The notes under the pieces were generated by a model, which was given only the letters and a program-made list of their open reading frames with translations, was not told the origin of the DNA and ran no database searches. This document shows positions 32,133-42,000 of a stretch of DNA of 64,000 nucleotides, piece by piece; within the stretch, counting starts at the first letter, position 1; every line of letters begins with the position of its first letter. The translations under genes and the position numbers were made by a program. The DNA comes from an uncultured bacterium. Its GTDB lineage: Bacteria; Zixibacteria; MSB-5A5; UBA10806. Location of the stretch: positions 242,574-306,573 of the forward strand of contig CBEUCH010000002.1 in NCBI GenBank assembly GCA_965541585.1, read 5' to 3'.

Positions 32133-33113
32133 TTAAAACCTCTTCTGATAGGAATGGCAATAAGGCTGACCATTCTCTTTTGAATAATATTCCTGATGAT
32201 AATCTTCCGCTTTCCAGAATGGCCCGGCGGCGGTTACCTCGGTGGCAACCTGATGACCTTTATCCTTCAGTATCCCGATCAGCTTCTCGGTAGTCTGTCT
32301 CTGGCGATCATCTACATAGAATACAGCCGATCGATATTGGTCTCCTGCATCCGGTCCCTGGCGGTTGATCTGCGTGGGATCATGTATTTCGAAAAAGAGG
32401 CTCGCCATTTTTTCATATGAAGTTAATTCGGAGTCATACACTATTTCAATCGCTTCCGCATGACCGGTTTTGCCGCTGCAGACCTCTGAATAAGTTGGAT
32501 TCTCCTTATCACCACCCATGTATCCCACCGTGGTCGATACCACGCCGGTGGCATTCTGGAAATAATATTCCACACCCCAGAAACAGCCGCCCGCGAAATA
32601 TGCTTTTTCATATTTCTCGGTTTTCTCGACCGGTACAAAATTCATTGATATTGAATTAACACAATGCCTGATATTCTTCTCGGTAAAACCCTCGTCGGCA
32701 AAAACGTGCCCGAGATGTGCTCCGCAATTGTTGCAAAGGATTTCCGTGCGTTTTCCATCGGCGTCGGGCAGTCGTTTGACTGCTCCGGGAATTTCATCGT
32801 CGAAACTCGGCCAGCCGCAATGAGAATCAAACTTATCGACTGATTTATAAAGTCGAGCGTTGCATCTTTTGCAAACGTAGGTTCCCTTCTCCCAATGATC
32901 ATGAAATTCGCCGGTGAACGGCCTTTCGGTTTCCTTCTGAATAATGACGGCCTCTTCCTCGGGTGTTAAGTTATTGTAGTTCATATCATTATCTCCAGAG
33001 ATGGCTGTTGAGAGAATAATAAATGGTAGACCTATAGATACTCTCAGAGCAATGGGCAGATAATCGATCACTCTGGATACCGGTCTTTTCAAAATCTTAA
33101 TTGATCTTTCCAT
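32133..33113 (-). CDS. msrAB: Bifunctional methionine sulfoxide reductase MsrB-MsrA (alternative start at 32984)
   Basis: MsrB: CKRC, CGWPSF, CNNCGAHLGHVF, RHCVNS. MsrA: AGGCFWG, TGHAE, NRQGPD.GDQYRS, AEDYHQEY. Confidence 0.95.
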   Translation of the reverse strand: MERSIKILKRPVSRVIDYLPIALRVSIGLPFIILSTAISGDNDMNYNNLTPEEEAVIIQKETERPFTGEFHDHWEKGTYVCKRCNARLYKSVDKFDSHCGWPSFDDEIPGAVKRLPDADGKRTEILCNNCGAHLGHVFADEGFTEKNIRHCVNSISMNFVPVEKTEKYEKAYFAGGCFWGVEYYFQNATGVVSTTVGYMGGDKENPTYSEVCSGKTGHAEAIEIVYDSELTSYEKMASLFFEIHDPTQINRQGPDAGDQYRSAVFYVDDRQRQTTEKLIGILKDKGHQVATEVTAAGPFWKAEDYHQEYYSKENGQPYCHSYQKRF

Positions 33114-33330
33114 ACTTACCTTTTATTAATTCGCCGCCTGTGCGATTTGTTCCTCTTTAGTATCCGTCTTGTCCCTATTATTGTGCGGAACTTAAGGTGG
33201 TCCCGGCATGCTTATTAACAGGCCGACCTTCGCCCCAAACTGGTCCAATCATAACCTCAGAACATGCCCAATATTGTTATGAATAATAAGAAAAAAGCCC
33301 CTCCAGAGGCAGAAATGTCTTCAGAGTTAT

Positions 33331-33527
33331 TAGTGGTAGGGACGGGTTTGAACCGCCGACCTTCGGATTATGAGCCTGTTCAACAGTCCAAACAACAGAA
33401 AGCACCAGACACTAACCTGCAGTAATAGCAACTACTTACGGGAAACACAATGTCTGGTGCTTTCTCTCATTATCTGTTGTTTTTACTAATTCTGTTAGAA
33501 AAATGTTAGAAAGGGGTGTATGTCAAA
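33331..33527 (-). mobile_element. att-like element copy A: diverged tRNA-Met 3' half (33331-33376) plus conserved ~150-bp hairpin/direct-repeat arm
   Basis: Matches the tRNA from anticodon arm to 3' end with substitutions; 15-bp perfect inverted repeat 33397-33411/33451-33465; TGTTAGAAA tandem repeats 33493-33512; aligns to 34493-34689 at a constant 1162-bp offset. Confidence 0.8.
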
Positions 33528-33721
33528 GTCTTCTTAGTGTTGATCATAAAAGGCGTCTTGACTGAATCGCATGCAGTATGTTCCTCAATTCCAGCTGGAA
33601 CCAGCGGGCCGATTGTTCCCGTTTCGTCGTTTCTTTCATCTTAATTTGGCAAAAGCTCTCTGTTGAGGTTTCATTGGGCGAAATTGCCTGGCCTAAAGTA
33701 AACCGACCGTGACGTTTGTTA

Positions 33722-33751
33722 TTGACATAATCTACCATTTAAAGTAGATTA
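33722..33751 (+). promoter_or_regulatory. Sigma70-like promoter overlapped by a palindromic operator
   Basis: TTGACA (33722)-17 bp-TAGATT (33745); perfect inverted repeat TAATCTAC-N8-GTAGATTA at 33728-33751. Confidence 0.65.
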
Positions 33752-33931
33752 AAAAGGTCCAAAACCTCCAGGTTGTGCTCAAGATCTGTTTTGTCAGTCG
33801 CAATTCCCAGCAATCAGTGGCTGCAGCGAATCTTGAAAGCGGCCATTCAGTGACTCTTGTATCAGCGTCGGCTGATTCTTTAAGCGGCCAAGGGTCACAA
33901 AGCGAACCTTACAGATCAAAGAGAGATCAAG

Positions 33932-34423
33932 TTGGAAAAACCACCAGGCAGCGACGAAATCATAGAATCGTTACCATTTCAGGATGAGATCCTCAATAAC
34001 CACTGCTATGGCTGCGGGTCGTCTAATCAACAAGGGTTAAGAATCAAGAGCTTTTGGGACGGGGAGGATTCAGTTTGCAATTTCGAGCCCAGGCCGTATC
34101 ACATGGCCGGCCCCCGGCATATTCTCAATGGGGGTGTAATCGCTACTGTTATTGACTGCCATTGTATTTGCACGGCTATCGCCGATGCCTACCGGCGGGC
34201 GGGCCGTCCGTTTGATTCGAATAACTCCATTTGGTATGCCACCGGTTTGCTGGATGTCAAATACCTGCGACCGGCATCTATCGAACATCAGCTGGTCCTG
34301 CGAGCGAAAATTATTGAAGTGACCGATAAGAAAACTGTCCTCAATTGCATGGCTTTTTCCGGCGATGAAAAGTGCGCTCAGGCCGAGGTGGTAGCGGTGC
34401 GCGTACCCGATGACTGGCGATAA
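33932..34423 (+). CDS. PaaI/hot-dog fold thioesterase
   Basis: CYGCGSSNQQGL, LNGGVIATVIDCH, LDVKYLRPA motifs. Confidence 0.88.
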   Translation: MEKPPGSDEIIESLPFQDEILNNHCYGCGSSNQQGLRIKSFWDGEDSVCNFEPRPYHMAGPRHILNGGVIATVIDCHCICTAIADAYRRAGRPFDSNNSIWYATGLLDVKYLRPASIEHQLVLRAKIIEVTDKKTVLNCMAFSGDEKCAQAEVVAVRVPDDWR

Positions 34424-34461
34424 CACAAGTGGCCCACTGCTTGCGGTGGGTTACTCTCGTA

Positions 34462-34486
34462 AAAAAACCGGCTTTTGCCGGTTTCT
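34462..34486 (-). terminator. Intrinsic terminator downstream of tRNA 3'-half copy B
   Basis: AAAAAAACCGGC-tttt-GCCGGTTTCT; reads as hairpin plus U-tract on the minus strand. Confidence 0.6.
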
Positions 34487-34492
34487 AAGTTT

Positions 34493-34689
34493 TGGTGGGG
34501 GGGAGGGATTTGAACCCTCGACCTCCGGGTTATGAGCCTGTTCAATAGTCCAAACAGTAGAAAACGCCAGGCGCTAATAGACAATAATAACAACAACTTA
34601 GCTTGAGCCTTTTGTCTGGTGCTTTTCCTTAATATCTTTTGTTCTTGCTCGTTTTGTTAGAAAAATGTTAGTAAGAGGTGTATGTCAAA
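34493..34689 (-). mobile_element. att-like element copy B: near-perfect tRNA-fMet 3' half (34493-34538) plus conserved arm
   Basis: Identical to 35528-35574 except for one deleted C; followed by the same hairpin and TGTTAG repeats as copy A. Confidence 0.85.
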
Positions 34690-35113
34690 AACGACCGAGC
34701 AACTGCGGCTAAGATTTTACTCCCCGCCTATCCAGATTGTCTGCGGCCGTAATATAAAACAGTGGTGGACAACATCGGTCCATGCATTATACTTAATGCC
34801 ATTGTCAGTTTGTATTTAAGCTGAACCGAAAACTTGAAGGACTTCCTAACAACTCAAATTACGGGAGATCTTTCTGAAAGGACTGTTTCTTGTGCCAATG
34901 GTACAGATAAAACGTATCTGCGGTGATTGAGGGATCGGCGGCAAAGGAATTACTGTGGAAGATGTCAGGGCGATTGCATCCGGGAATTCCTAAGATTGTC
35001 ATAATCCAAGTGCAAAATAAGGAGTGGTCCCAACCGACTACCCCTGCAATCGGTGATATCTAATAACAGGCAGATCAAGTAATAACCTTAGATCAAGATT
35101 GAGGAGAATTATC

Positions 35114-35389
35114 ATGCCAAAATTCGTAATCGAGCGAGAGATCCCCGGCGCGGGGAATTTATCAGCCCAGGAACTACGGGGCATCTCACAGAAATCCTGT
35201 GGAGTGTTGCAGGAGATGGGAACCCAGATCCAATGGGTTCAGAGTTATGTCACCGATGACAAGATTTATTGTGTGTATATCGCTGAAAATGAGGCGATGG
35301 TGCGAGAACACGCGCAAAAAGGAGGCTTCCCAGCAAATCTTGTTACCGAGGTCAAATCAGTTATTGATCCTACTACTTCGGAAGGCTGA
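35114..35389 (+). CDS. DUF4242 domain protein
   Basis: MPKFVIEREIPGAG...IQWVQSYVTDDKIYCVYIA...HAQKGGFPAN; GAGGAG RBS. Confidence 0.9.
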   Translation: MPKFVIEREIPGAGNLSAQELRGISQKSCGVLQEMGTQIQWVQSYVTDDKIYCVYIAENEAMVREHAQKGGFPANLVTEVKSVIDPTTSEG

Positions 35390-35527
35390 TAGCCTGCTTT
35401 GGGCATTAGATTCCCCGTCAGCTCTTCCACTTCTTTATGACCTTCGGGCATTAGAAAATCCGGTTTCTGAAGGAAATCCCACCAAAAAAGAAACTCCCGA
35501 AATTGTTAAACTTCAGGAGTTAAAATT

Positions 35528-35839
<312 letters not shown>

Positions 35840-35847
35840 CGATCAGC

Positions 35848-35875
35848 AATATATTCTGCGGGTAACCGATGTCAA
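35848..35875 (-). promoter_or_regulatory. Sigma70-like promoter for the repeat/tRNA transcript
   Basis: Minus strand TTGACA-16 bp-TATATT immediately upstream of the distal pseudo-tRNA half. Confidence 0.7.
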
Positions 35876-35992
35876 GGATTAATGGAAATATATAATCGCC
35901 TTTTCCCGAATCGCCGATCGAGGTATTTCTAGTTACCTCGAGAGTTTATGATCCGACCAGCTGCTTCTCCTGCGGCGGGCTCAGTACGGATA

Positions 35993-36730
35993 CTAATTGA
36001 TTCTATAATCCCCGTCCACACCCACGATGAGCGACTCTACCTCGACCTGCTTGCCCGATAACTCAACCGCCTGATTCACAATGTAGAGTATTCCCATGCA
36101 ACAGGGGACTTCCATGTGGGCGACGACTATCTTCGGGATATTGTTATTCTTCAGAATTTCGGCAATTTTGGCAGCGTATGACGAGACGTCGTCGAGCTTG
36201 GGGCATCCGATCGCCAGGGATCTGCCTTTCAAAAGCCTCTGGTGGAAACTGGGATCGGCAAATGGGACGCAGTCTGCGGCCACCAGAAGCTCCTTGCCAT
36301 CGAAATAAGGAGCCAGCGGAGAAACGAGATGCAGTTGCACCGGCCATTGAGTTAATTCGGATTGCATGGGACCGGACGGGGTAGCGGATGGTTTTTCCTT
36401 TTTGTCGAGAACCATTGTCCTGGAGCCGGGGCATCCCCCGGAATGAGGGTCGGGGACCGGCTTGGCGGGCTGTTTTTTTGCCAGTTCTGCTTTTCTCATA
36501 TTCTCCATGGCGGCGGCTTCGTCGAATTCCGGGGCTTCACGTTTTATCACGGTCATGGCGCCCAGCGGGCATTCGCCCACACAGGCCCCCATGCCATCGC
36601 AATAGTTTTCGGAAACCAGCTTCGCTTTCCCGTCGACTATTGCCAGCGCACCCTCCGGGCAGGACGGTATGCAAAGGCCGCAGCCGTCGCATTTCTCCTC
36701 ATCGATTAGAATGATTTCTCTTACCTGCAT
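35993..36730 (-). CDS. 4Fe-4S ferredoxin-domain iron-sulfur protein (family often found next to hcp)
   Basis: CDGCGLCIPSCP, CDGMGACVGECP, GGCPGS, QWPVQLHLV, AADC, GCPKLDD and MEVPCC motifs; RBS before ATG 36730. Confidence 0.88.
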   Translation of the reverse strand: MQVREIILIDEEKCDGCGLCIPSCPEGALAIVDGKAKLVSENYCDGMGACVGECPLGAMTVIKREAPEFDEAAAMENMRKAELAKKQPAKPVPDPHSGGCPGSRTMVLDKKEKPSATPSGPMQSELTQWPVQLHLVSPLAPYFDGKELLVAADCVPFADPSFHQRLLKGRSLAIGCPKLDDVSSYAAKIAEILKNNNIPKIVVAHMEVPCCMGILYIVNQAVELSGKQVEVESLIVGVDGDYRIN

Positions 36731-36746
36731 ATCAACCTCTCTTTTT

Positions 36747-37154
36747 CTAAAAGAAATATTTCCAGACCAGGTCAATCCGGCCCGACCTTATAAGCTTCAG
36801 GCCGGAATAACGCATCACTCTTTTCACAAAATCTCTGTATTCGCCCGAAAAGCAGGGCTCCGTGCATTGCTTGCAGCGAGGTTTCGGATCGAAGGGACAG
36901 TTAATCCGCTTCACCAATCCGTGAACCAGGAGGCTGGCGCATTCACGGCAAAGGCGGGTTTCACGAAAGTCGAGCGTTTCGAGAATACCCCGCCGTATGA
37001 TATCCCCCTTTACAGTATCGGAATGATGACCAGAGCAATATATCTGCACCATTCTGGCCAGCATGGCAGCGTCGCCTCTGGTTTTCTTTGCTGTCGTCTC
37101 AATCACGATGGGAGAATAAGCTAAAGGGCGGTATCGGGCATTGACTTTGGTCAA
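36747..37154 (-). CDS. YgbA-like (nitrous oxide-stimulated promoter family) Cys-rich protein; true start probably downstream of 37154
   Basis: MVQIYC..HH, LCRECASLL, CPFDPKPRCKQC..PC and VMRYSG motifs. Confidence 0.82.
   Translation of the reverse strand: MTKVNARYRPLAYSPIVIETTAKKTRGDAAMLARMVQIYCSGHHSDTVKGDIIRRGILETLDFRETRLCRECASLLVHGLVKRINCPFDPKPRCKQCTEPCFSGEYRDFVKRVMRYSGLKLIRSGRIDLVWKYFF
37141..37154. promoter_or_regulatory. FNR/Crp-family-type binding site
   Basis: TTGAC-TTTG-GTCAA palindrome upstream of the ygbA-like/Fe-S genes, resembling TTGAT-N4-ATCAA. Confidence 0.65.
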
Positions 37155-37328
37155 AGAACACGGTTTTATTTGAAAGGCGCGAAATAGATGAATTTGGCGT
37201 CATTGTGTCCGGGGCCGGCCTGCCGGGCTTTTTTATTGACGGAATTTTATTCCGGATTATCTTGTATTATGTGTGGATTGATTGCATAGAAAGCCGGTGT
37301 TTTTGAATTGATGAACAGGGAGAATCCC

Positions 37329-38960
37329 ATGCCGAAATATTTGACGTATTCCATTTTTGCTATACTTCTCTGTCTGTTGCCGAATAGCATCCGGGCAGGT
37401 GATATCGATTACTCAAAACCGTTTCCATTGTCGCCTTTGGAATATCCAATCTCGGATGCGCCCTACGTGCCTCCGGTTATCCTCGATGTGGAAAATATCC
37501 AGATAAACAGTGACAACACCACTCAGTTGCAGAACGAGGAGATGGTCTGCATCAACCCCACAAATACGGCCAACGCGGTGGCCGTCTGGCGCGATTTCCG
37601 CCTCGGCTACCGTCGGGTAGCGACCGGATACACTTTCGATGGCGGTCAAACGTGGTACGATGCCCTGCTGGATGTTCCCTATCGTCCGTGGGTATCCGAT
37701 CCGGTGCTGACTGTAGACGATGACGGCAATTATTTCGCCTGCACGTTGGCGTATGAGGGAACGTTTAGCGAGCCGTCCGGGCTCTATGTGCAAAAATCCA
37801 CAGACGGCGGCGTCAGCTGGTCCGAGCCGGTTATCGCAATTGATTCGGTCGAAGGAGTGTTTGAGGACAAGCAATGGATAACACTCGATAGAACCAGCGG
37901 ATCCACCAACGGCAATATTTACATCAGCTGGACGAGGTTTTTTGATACCCAGATCCTCCTTGTATCCTCCACCGACGGCGGCGAGACCTATTCCGATCCG
38001 GTAAATGTATCGGATGAGGAGGGTGTTCAATGGTCGGTTCCAACAGTTGGCGCCTCGGGAGATCTGTTTATTGCCTGGGTTCAATATTATCCGACCCGCG
38101 GGATTCTAATGGATGTTTCCGTCGATCAGGGAGCAACCTTCGGAAATGACCAGGTGATTGTTGAAACGAACGTCTCGTCGGGTCAAATCAACGGCGGCAT
38201 CACGGTTTTTTCATATCCAGCCTTGAACTCCGATGTGAGTCTTCTCTCACCATATTTGGGAAACCTCTATATCGCCTTTATGGATGAGAACGTTACCGAT
38301 ATGGATATCTTCTTTATGAAATCCGAGGATAACGGGGCCACCTGGTCGGAGCCGATCAGGATCAACGATGATCCGTTGCACAACGGTGCCGATCAGTTTC
38401 ATCCCTGGATAACCATTGACGAAAGCGGCGTCATCCATGCTATTTTCTACGATAGACGTCTGGACCAGAATAATTGGCTTTTCGATCTTTATTACACCAA
38501 GTCCGACGATGCCGGTGAGACTTGGTCTCCCAACGAGCGGATCTCTACTGTTTCCTCCAATCCAAGTGATGCCCGTTTGGCGGGTTTGATAGGGGAGTAT
38601 ATCGGCCTTTCCGCCTGGGAGGGCGAGGTTCAGATGGTCTGGACCGATACCAGAAACGGCAACCAGGACGTTTTCTCCGCCAGGATTTCCACTACTGTAG
38701 TCGGCGCATGTTGCTCGACCGAGGGTGGCTGCCAGGAAATGACCGAGGAGGATTGCATCGCGGCCGGCCATGAATGGTTGGGCGCCGGAACCGCGTGTCT
38801 TGGAGATAACAACGGCAACGAAATCGATGATGCCTGTGAAATCCTGGAGATCCCCACGCTCTCCGAATGGGGAATGGTGATTATGGGATTGCTGTTGTTG
38901 GCAATTGGAACGGTGGCGGTTGTGAGAAGAAGGAAAGCATTTCTTGGTAAGGCTGCGTAA
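37329..38960 (+). CDS. Secreted BNR/Asp-box (sialidase-like beta-propeller) protein with IPTL-CTERM sorting signal
   Basis: Signal peptide; Asp-boxes TFDGGQTW, STDGGVSW, STDGGETY, SVDQGATF, SEDNGATW, SDDAGETW; Cys-rich GACC module; IPTLSEWG plus TM helix and RRRK tail. Confidence 0.88.
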   Translation: MPKYLTYSIFAILLCLLPNSIRAGDIDYSKPFPLSPLEYPISDAPYVPPVILDVENIQINSDNTTQLQNEEMVCINPTNTANAVAVWRDFRLGYRRVATGYTFDGGQTWYDALLDVPYRPWVSDPVLTVDDDGNYFACTLAYEGTFSEPSGLYVQKSTDGGVSWSEPVIAIDSVEGVFEDKQWITLDRTSGSTNGNIYISWTRFFDTQILLVSSTDGGETYSDPVNVSDEEGVQWSVPTVGASGDLFIAWVQYYPTRGILMDVSVDQGATFGNDQVIVETNVSSGQINGGITVFSYPALNSDVSLLSPYLGNLYIAFMDENVTDMDIFFMKSEDNGATWSEPIRINDDPLHNGADQFHPWITIDESGVIHAIFYDRRLDQNNWLFDLYYTKSDDAGETWSPNERISTVSSNPSDARLAGLIGEYIGLSAWEGEVQMVWTDTRNGNQDVFSARISTTVVGACCSTEGGCQEMTEEDCIAAGHEWLGAGTACLGDNNGNEIDDACEILEIPTLSEWGMVIMGLLLLAIGTVAVVRRRKAFLGKAA

Positions 38961-39038
38961 GGAGTCAGCCTTTTGGATGAAAACATGCGGAGACTTCTCG
39001 ACCCCTTTCTTCCCGTCGCTTTCTGAGCGGCAGTTTGT

Positions 39039-42000
39039 GGATGTAGCCTCGAGAAACGGTCGCGTTAATTACAATCTTGCATCTATACATTTCTTCGAAG
39101 ATGGACATATATCTCCTTGACTGGTAACTCCTGATCGATATATTAAATTAAGGTCTGCGAATGGCTTCGTAGAGGTAGCGCTTCAAACAGGGATAAGGAT
39201 ACCGATTGCCTGATGATGATTTAGGAGGATCGCATGAAGAGTGTAATTCTAATCGTATTGTTTGCGTTTTCGAGCGCTTTTATTACTGATGGCGCGGAAG
39301 CTCAGGATGTACTTGACGGCAATTCCGGAGTGCAGAAGACATTGACAAGGCAAACATTATATCTGATCGACGCGGATGAACTCAGCCCGTCGGCCCGGCC
39401 GTTAATCTCAGGGGAAGATTATGCACTCATCTGGGAGAGCGACATTCCGCATGAGGCCACAAGTCATTCTGCTATATTGCCTGACAGGCCGGGAGACTAT
39501 TATCTCATGCGCGTTTTCAACCCGGATAATCTACGGCCGGTTGACGGGGAAATCCCGTATGTCCTGATCAATGATAATGCAATATTCAGGACCGACGCCG
39601 AGGGCGCGGCCGTCCTTCCGAATTACGGCTGGGGCCTGACCAGGCTGACGGTGGTGGACGTGGTTCGAAAGCCGTTTTCACCCCCTTCACCTCCCACCGT
39701 GACCGAATATGATCCCGATATCGCAGAGATGATCTCCAATATCACTCCGGAATTATGCGAATTGACGCTTACCGATCTAACGAGCTTTCCGACACGGAAT
39801 TCATATTCGGACTACTGTCGGGATGCGGAGCAGTACGTTTATGAGCAGTTCGATGATTTTTCGTTGAACACTTCCTTTCATGATTTTTCTTATCAAGGTT
39901 ACGATATGAGAAACGTGATCGGGGAAATGACCGGCACGACCCAACCGGATTCTGTAATTATAGTCTGCGGCCATCTCGATTGCACCAGCGGTTCCCCCTG
40001 GACAGATGCGCCCGGCGCGGAGGATAACGGGTCGGGCTCGACTGCTGTAATAGAAGCTGCCAGAGTATTGAGTCAATATCAAACGGATCTCACGATTCGT
40101 TTTATAACCTTTTCCGGTGAGGAACAGGGTCTGATCGGCTCGGACTACTACTCTCAACTTATGGTCGATATCGGTGAAGATATCGGCGGGGTGTTGAATC
40201 TCGATATGGTCGCCTACCAGGGCCCTTATGCATATGATATGCACGTGTTCTCGGATAACCTGTCCCACTGGCTCGGCGATCTGGCTTTACAGACTTTGGA
40301 TGATTATACGCCGATCATTGGTTTCGAAGATTACGCTTACGACCCGCTTTACGGTTCGGATCATTATTATTTTGCCCTGCGAGGCTACCCGGCAATCAAA
40401 TTCGCCGATGCCTGTTGCGCTCCCGACTATTATCCATACTGGCATTCGACAAACGATATAATGGCCCATCTCAATATGGATTTGCTGGCGGATATCACCA
40501 GGACGAGCGCAGCCCTGGCCGCAATTCTTGCACGGGTCGATTTCGATCCCGGAGGCAGTGACTGTGTATATATTCCAGGCGATTGCGACGGCAATGACAC
40601 CTCCCGGGAGCTTACTGATATTATTGCCATGATCACCTATTACAGAGGCCAGATTCCAGAATACTCATGCGAGTGCCCGCCGGATCATCTCGAATATTAT
40701 CCGCACGCCGACGCGGATGGGGACTGTCTGGCTTTTGAGCTCGAGGACGTGGTTAAGACGATAGCTGCCTATAGAGGCCCCGATCCGCTCTCCAGCTGCG
40801 AGGATTGTCCCGGTCAGGGAAGGTTGTTGTCGGGCGGAGACCGGCCGCTGGTAGTACCGTCCCTGAAGTCAAGGGTCAGAACGGGCAGAAAATAGTAGTA
40901 GAATAGAACATCAGATAATGCTTTTCCTCCCATAGAAGATTGGGGCTGCATATCGGGAGCCCCTTTTCAATTGATACTATCCGGTCGGCTATATCCCATC
41001 CCTCGAACTCAGCCGTCCGTGGCAAAACCGGAAGCTTTGCCCTGGCGCAGGTTGAAGCCGTCTCCTGCAACAAGAGTGAACGGATATGGCCTCGAGAAAC
41101 GGTCATGTTAATTGCAATCTTATTTCTATTCATTTCTTCAATGATGGACATATATCTCCTTGACTGGTAACTCTTAATCGATATATTAAAATACGGTCTG
41201 CGAATGGCTTCGTAGAGGTAACGCTTCAAACAGGAATAAGAATACCGATTGCCTGATGAAAATTTAGGAGGATCGCATGAAGAGTGTAATTCTAATCGTA
41301 TTGTTTGCGTTTTCGAGTGCTTTTTTTGCCGATGACGCGGAAGCTCAGGATGTTCTTGGCGGCAATTCCCGAGAGCAGAAGACATTGACAGCGCAAACAT
41401 TATATCTGATCGATGCGGATGAGCTCGGCCTGTCGGCCCGGCCGTTAATCTCAGCGGGAGATTACGCACTTATCTGGGAGAGCGATATCCCGCATGAGGC
41501 CACAAGTCATTCGGCTATATTGCCTGACCGGCCGGGAGACTATTACCTCATGCGTGTTTTCTCACCGGCTGATCTGAGGCCGGTTGACGGGAAAATTCCG
41601 TATGTTCTGATGGATGATAATGCAATATTCAGAACCGACGCGGAGGGCGCAGCCACCCTTCCGAATTACGGCTTTGGCCTGACCAGGCTGACGGCGGTGG
41701 ACGTGGTTCGAGAGCCGTTTTCACCCCCTTCTCCTCCCACGAAAACCGAATATGATCCCGACATCGCAGAGATGATCGCGAATATCACCCCGGAATTATG
41801 TGAATTGACGCTTACCGATCTAACAAGCTTTCCGACACGTTATTCATATACGGAAGGCTGTCGGAACGCGGAACAGTACGTTTACGAGCAGTTCGATGGT
41901 CTTTCGCTGAACACTTCCTTTCATGATTTTTCATATGCAGGTTACGATATGAGGAACGTGATCGGGGAAATGACCGGCACGACCCGGCCCGATTCTGTAA

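Noticed and set aside
32133..33113. Selenocysteine-containing Msr
   Set aside because: Catalytic positions are ordinary Cys codons with no in-frame TGA
7670..33330. One large genomic island from aroQ to the distal tRNA fragment
   Set aside because: No further tRNA fragment, direct repeat or mobility gene found at the left side; the region lies outside the last att-like copy
33528..35527. Integrase or transposase gene in the mini-islands
   Set aside because: No ORF of suitable length or R-H-R-Y/DDE motifs; short ORFs (33544-33738, 33775-33987, 35199-35549) have no recognisable family
40876..41469. 197-aa minus-strand ORF between the peptidase copies
   Set aside because: Overlaps the start and promoter of copy 2 antisense; no motif; not preserved as an ORF in the duplicate copy
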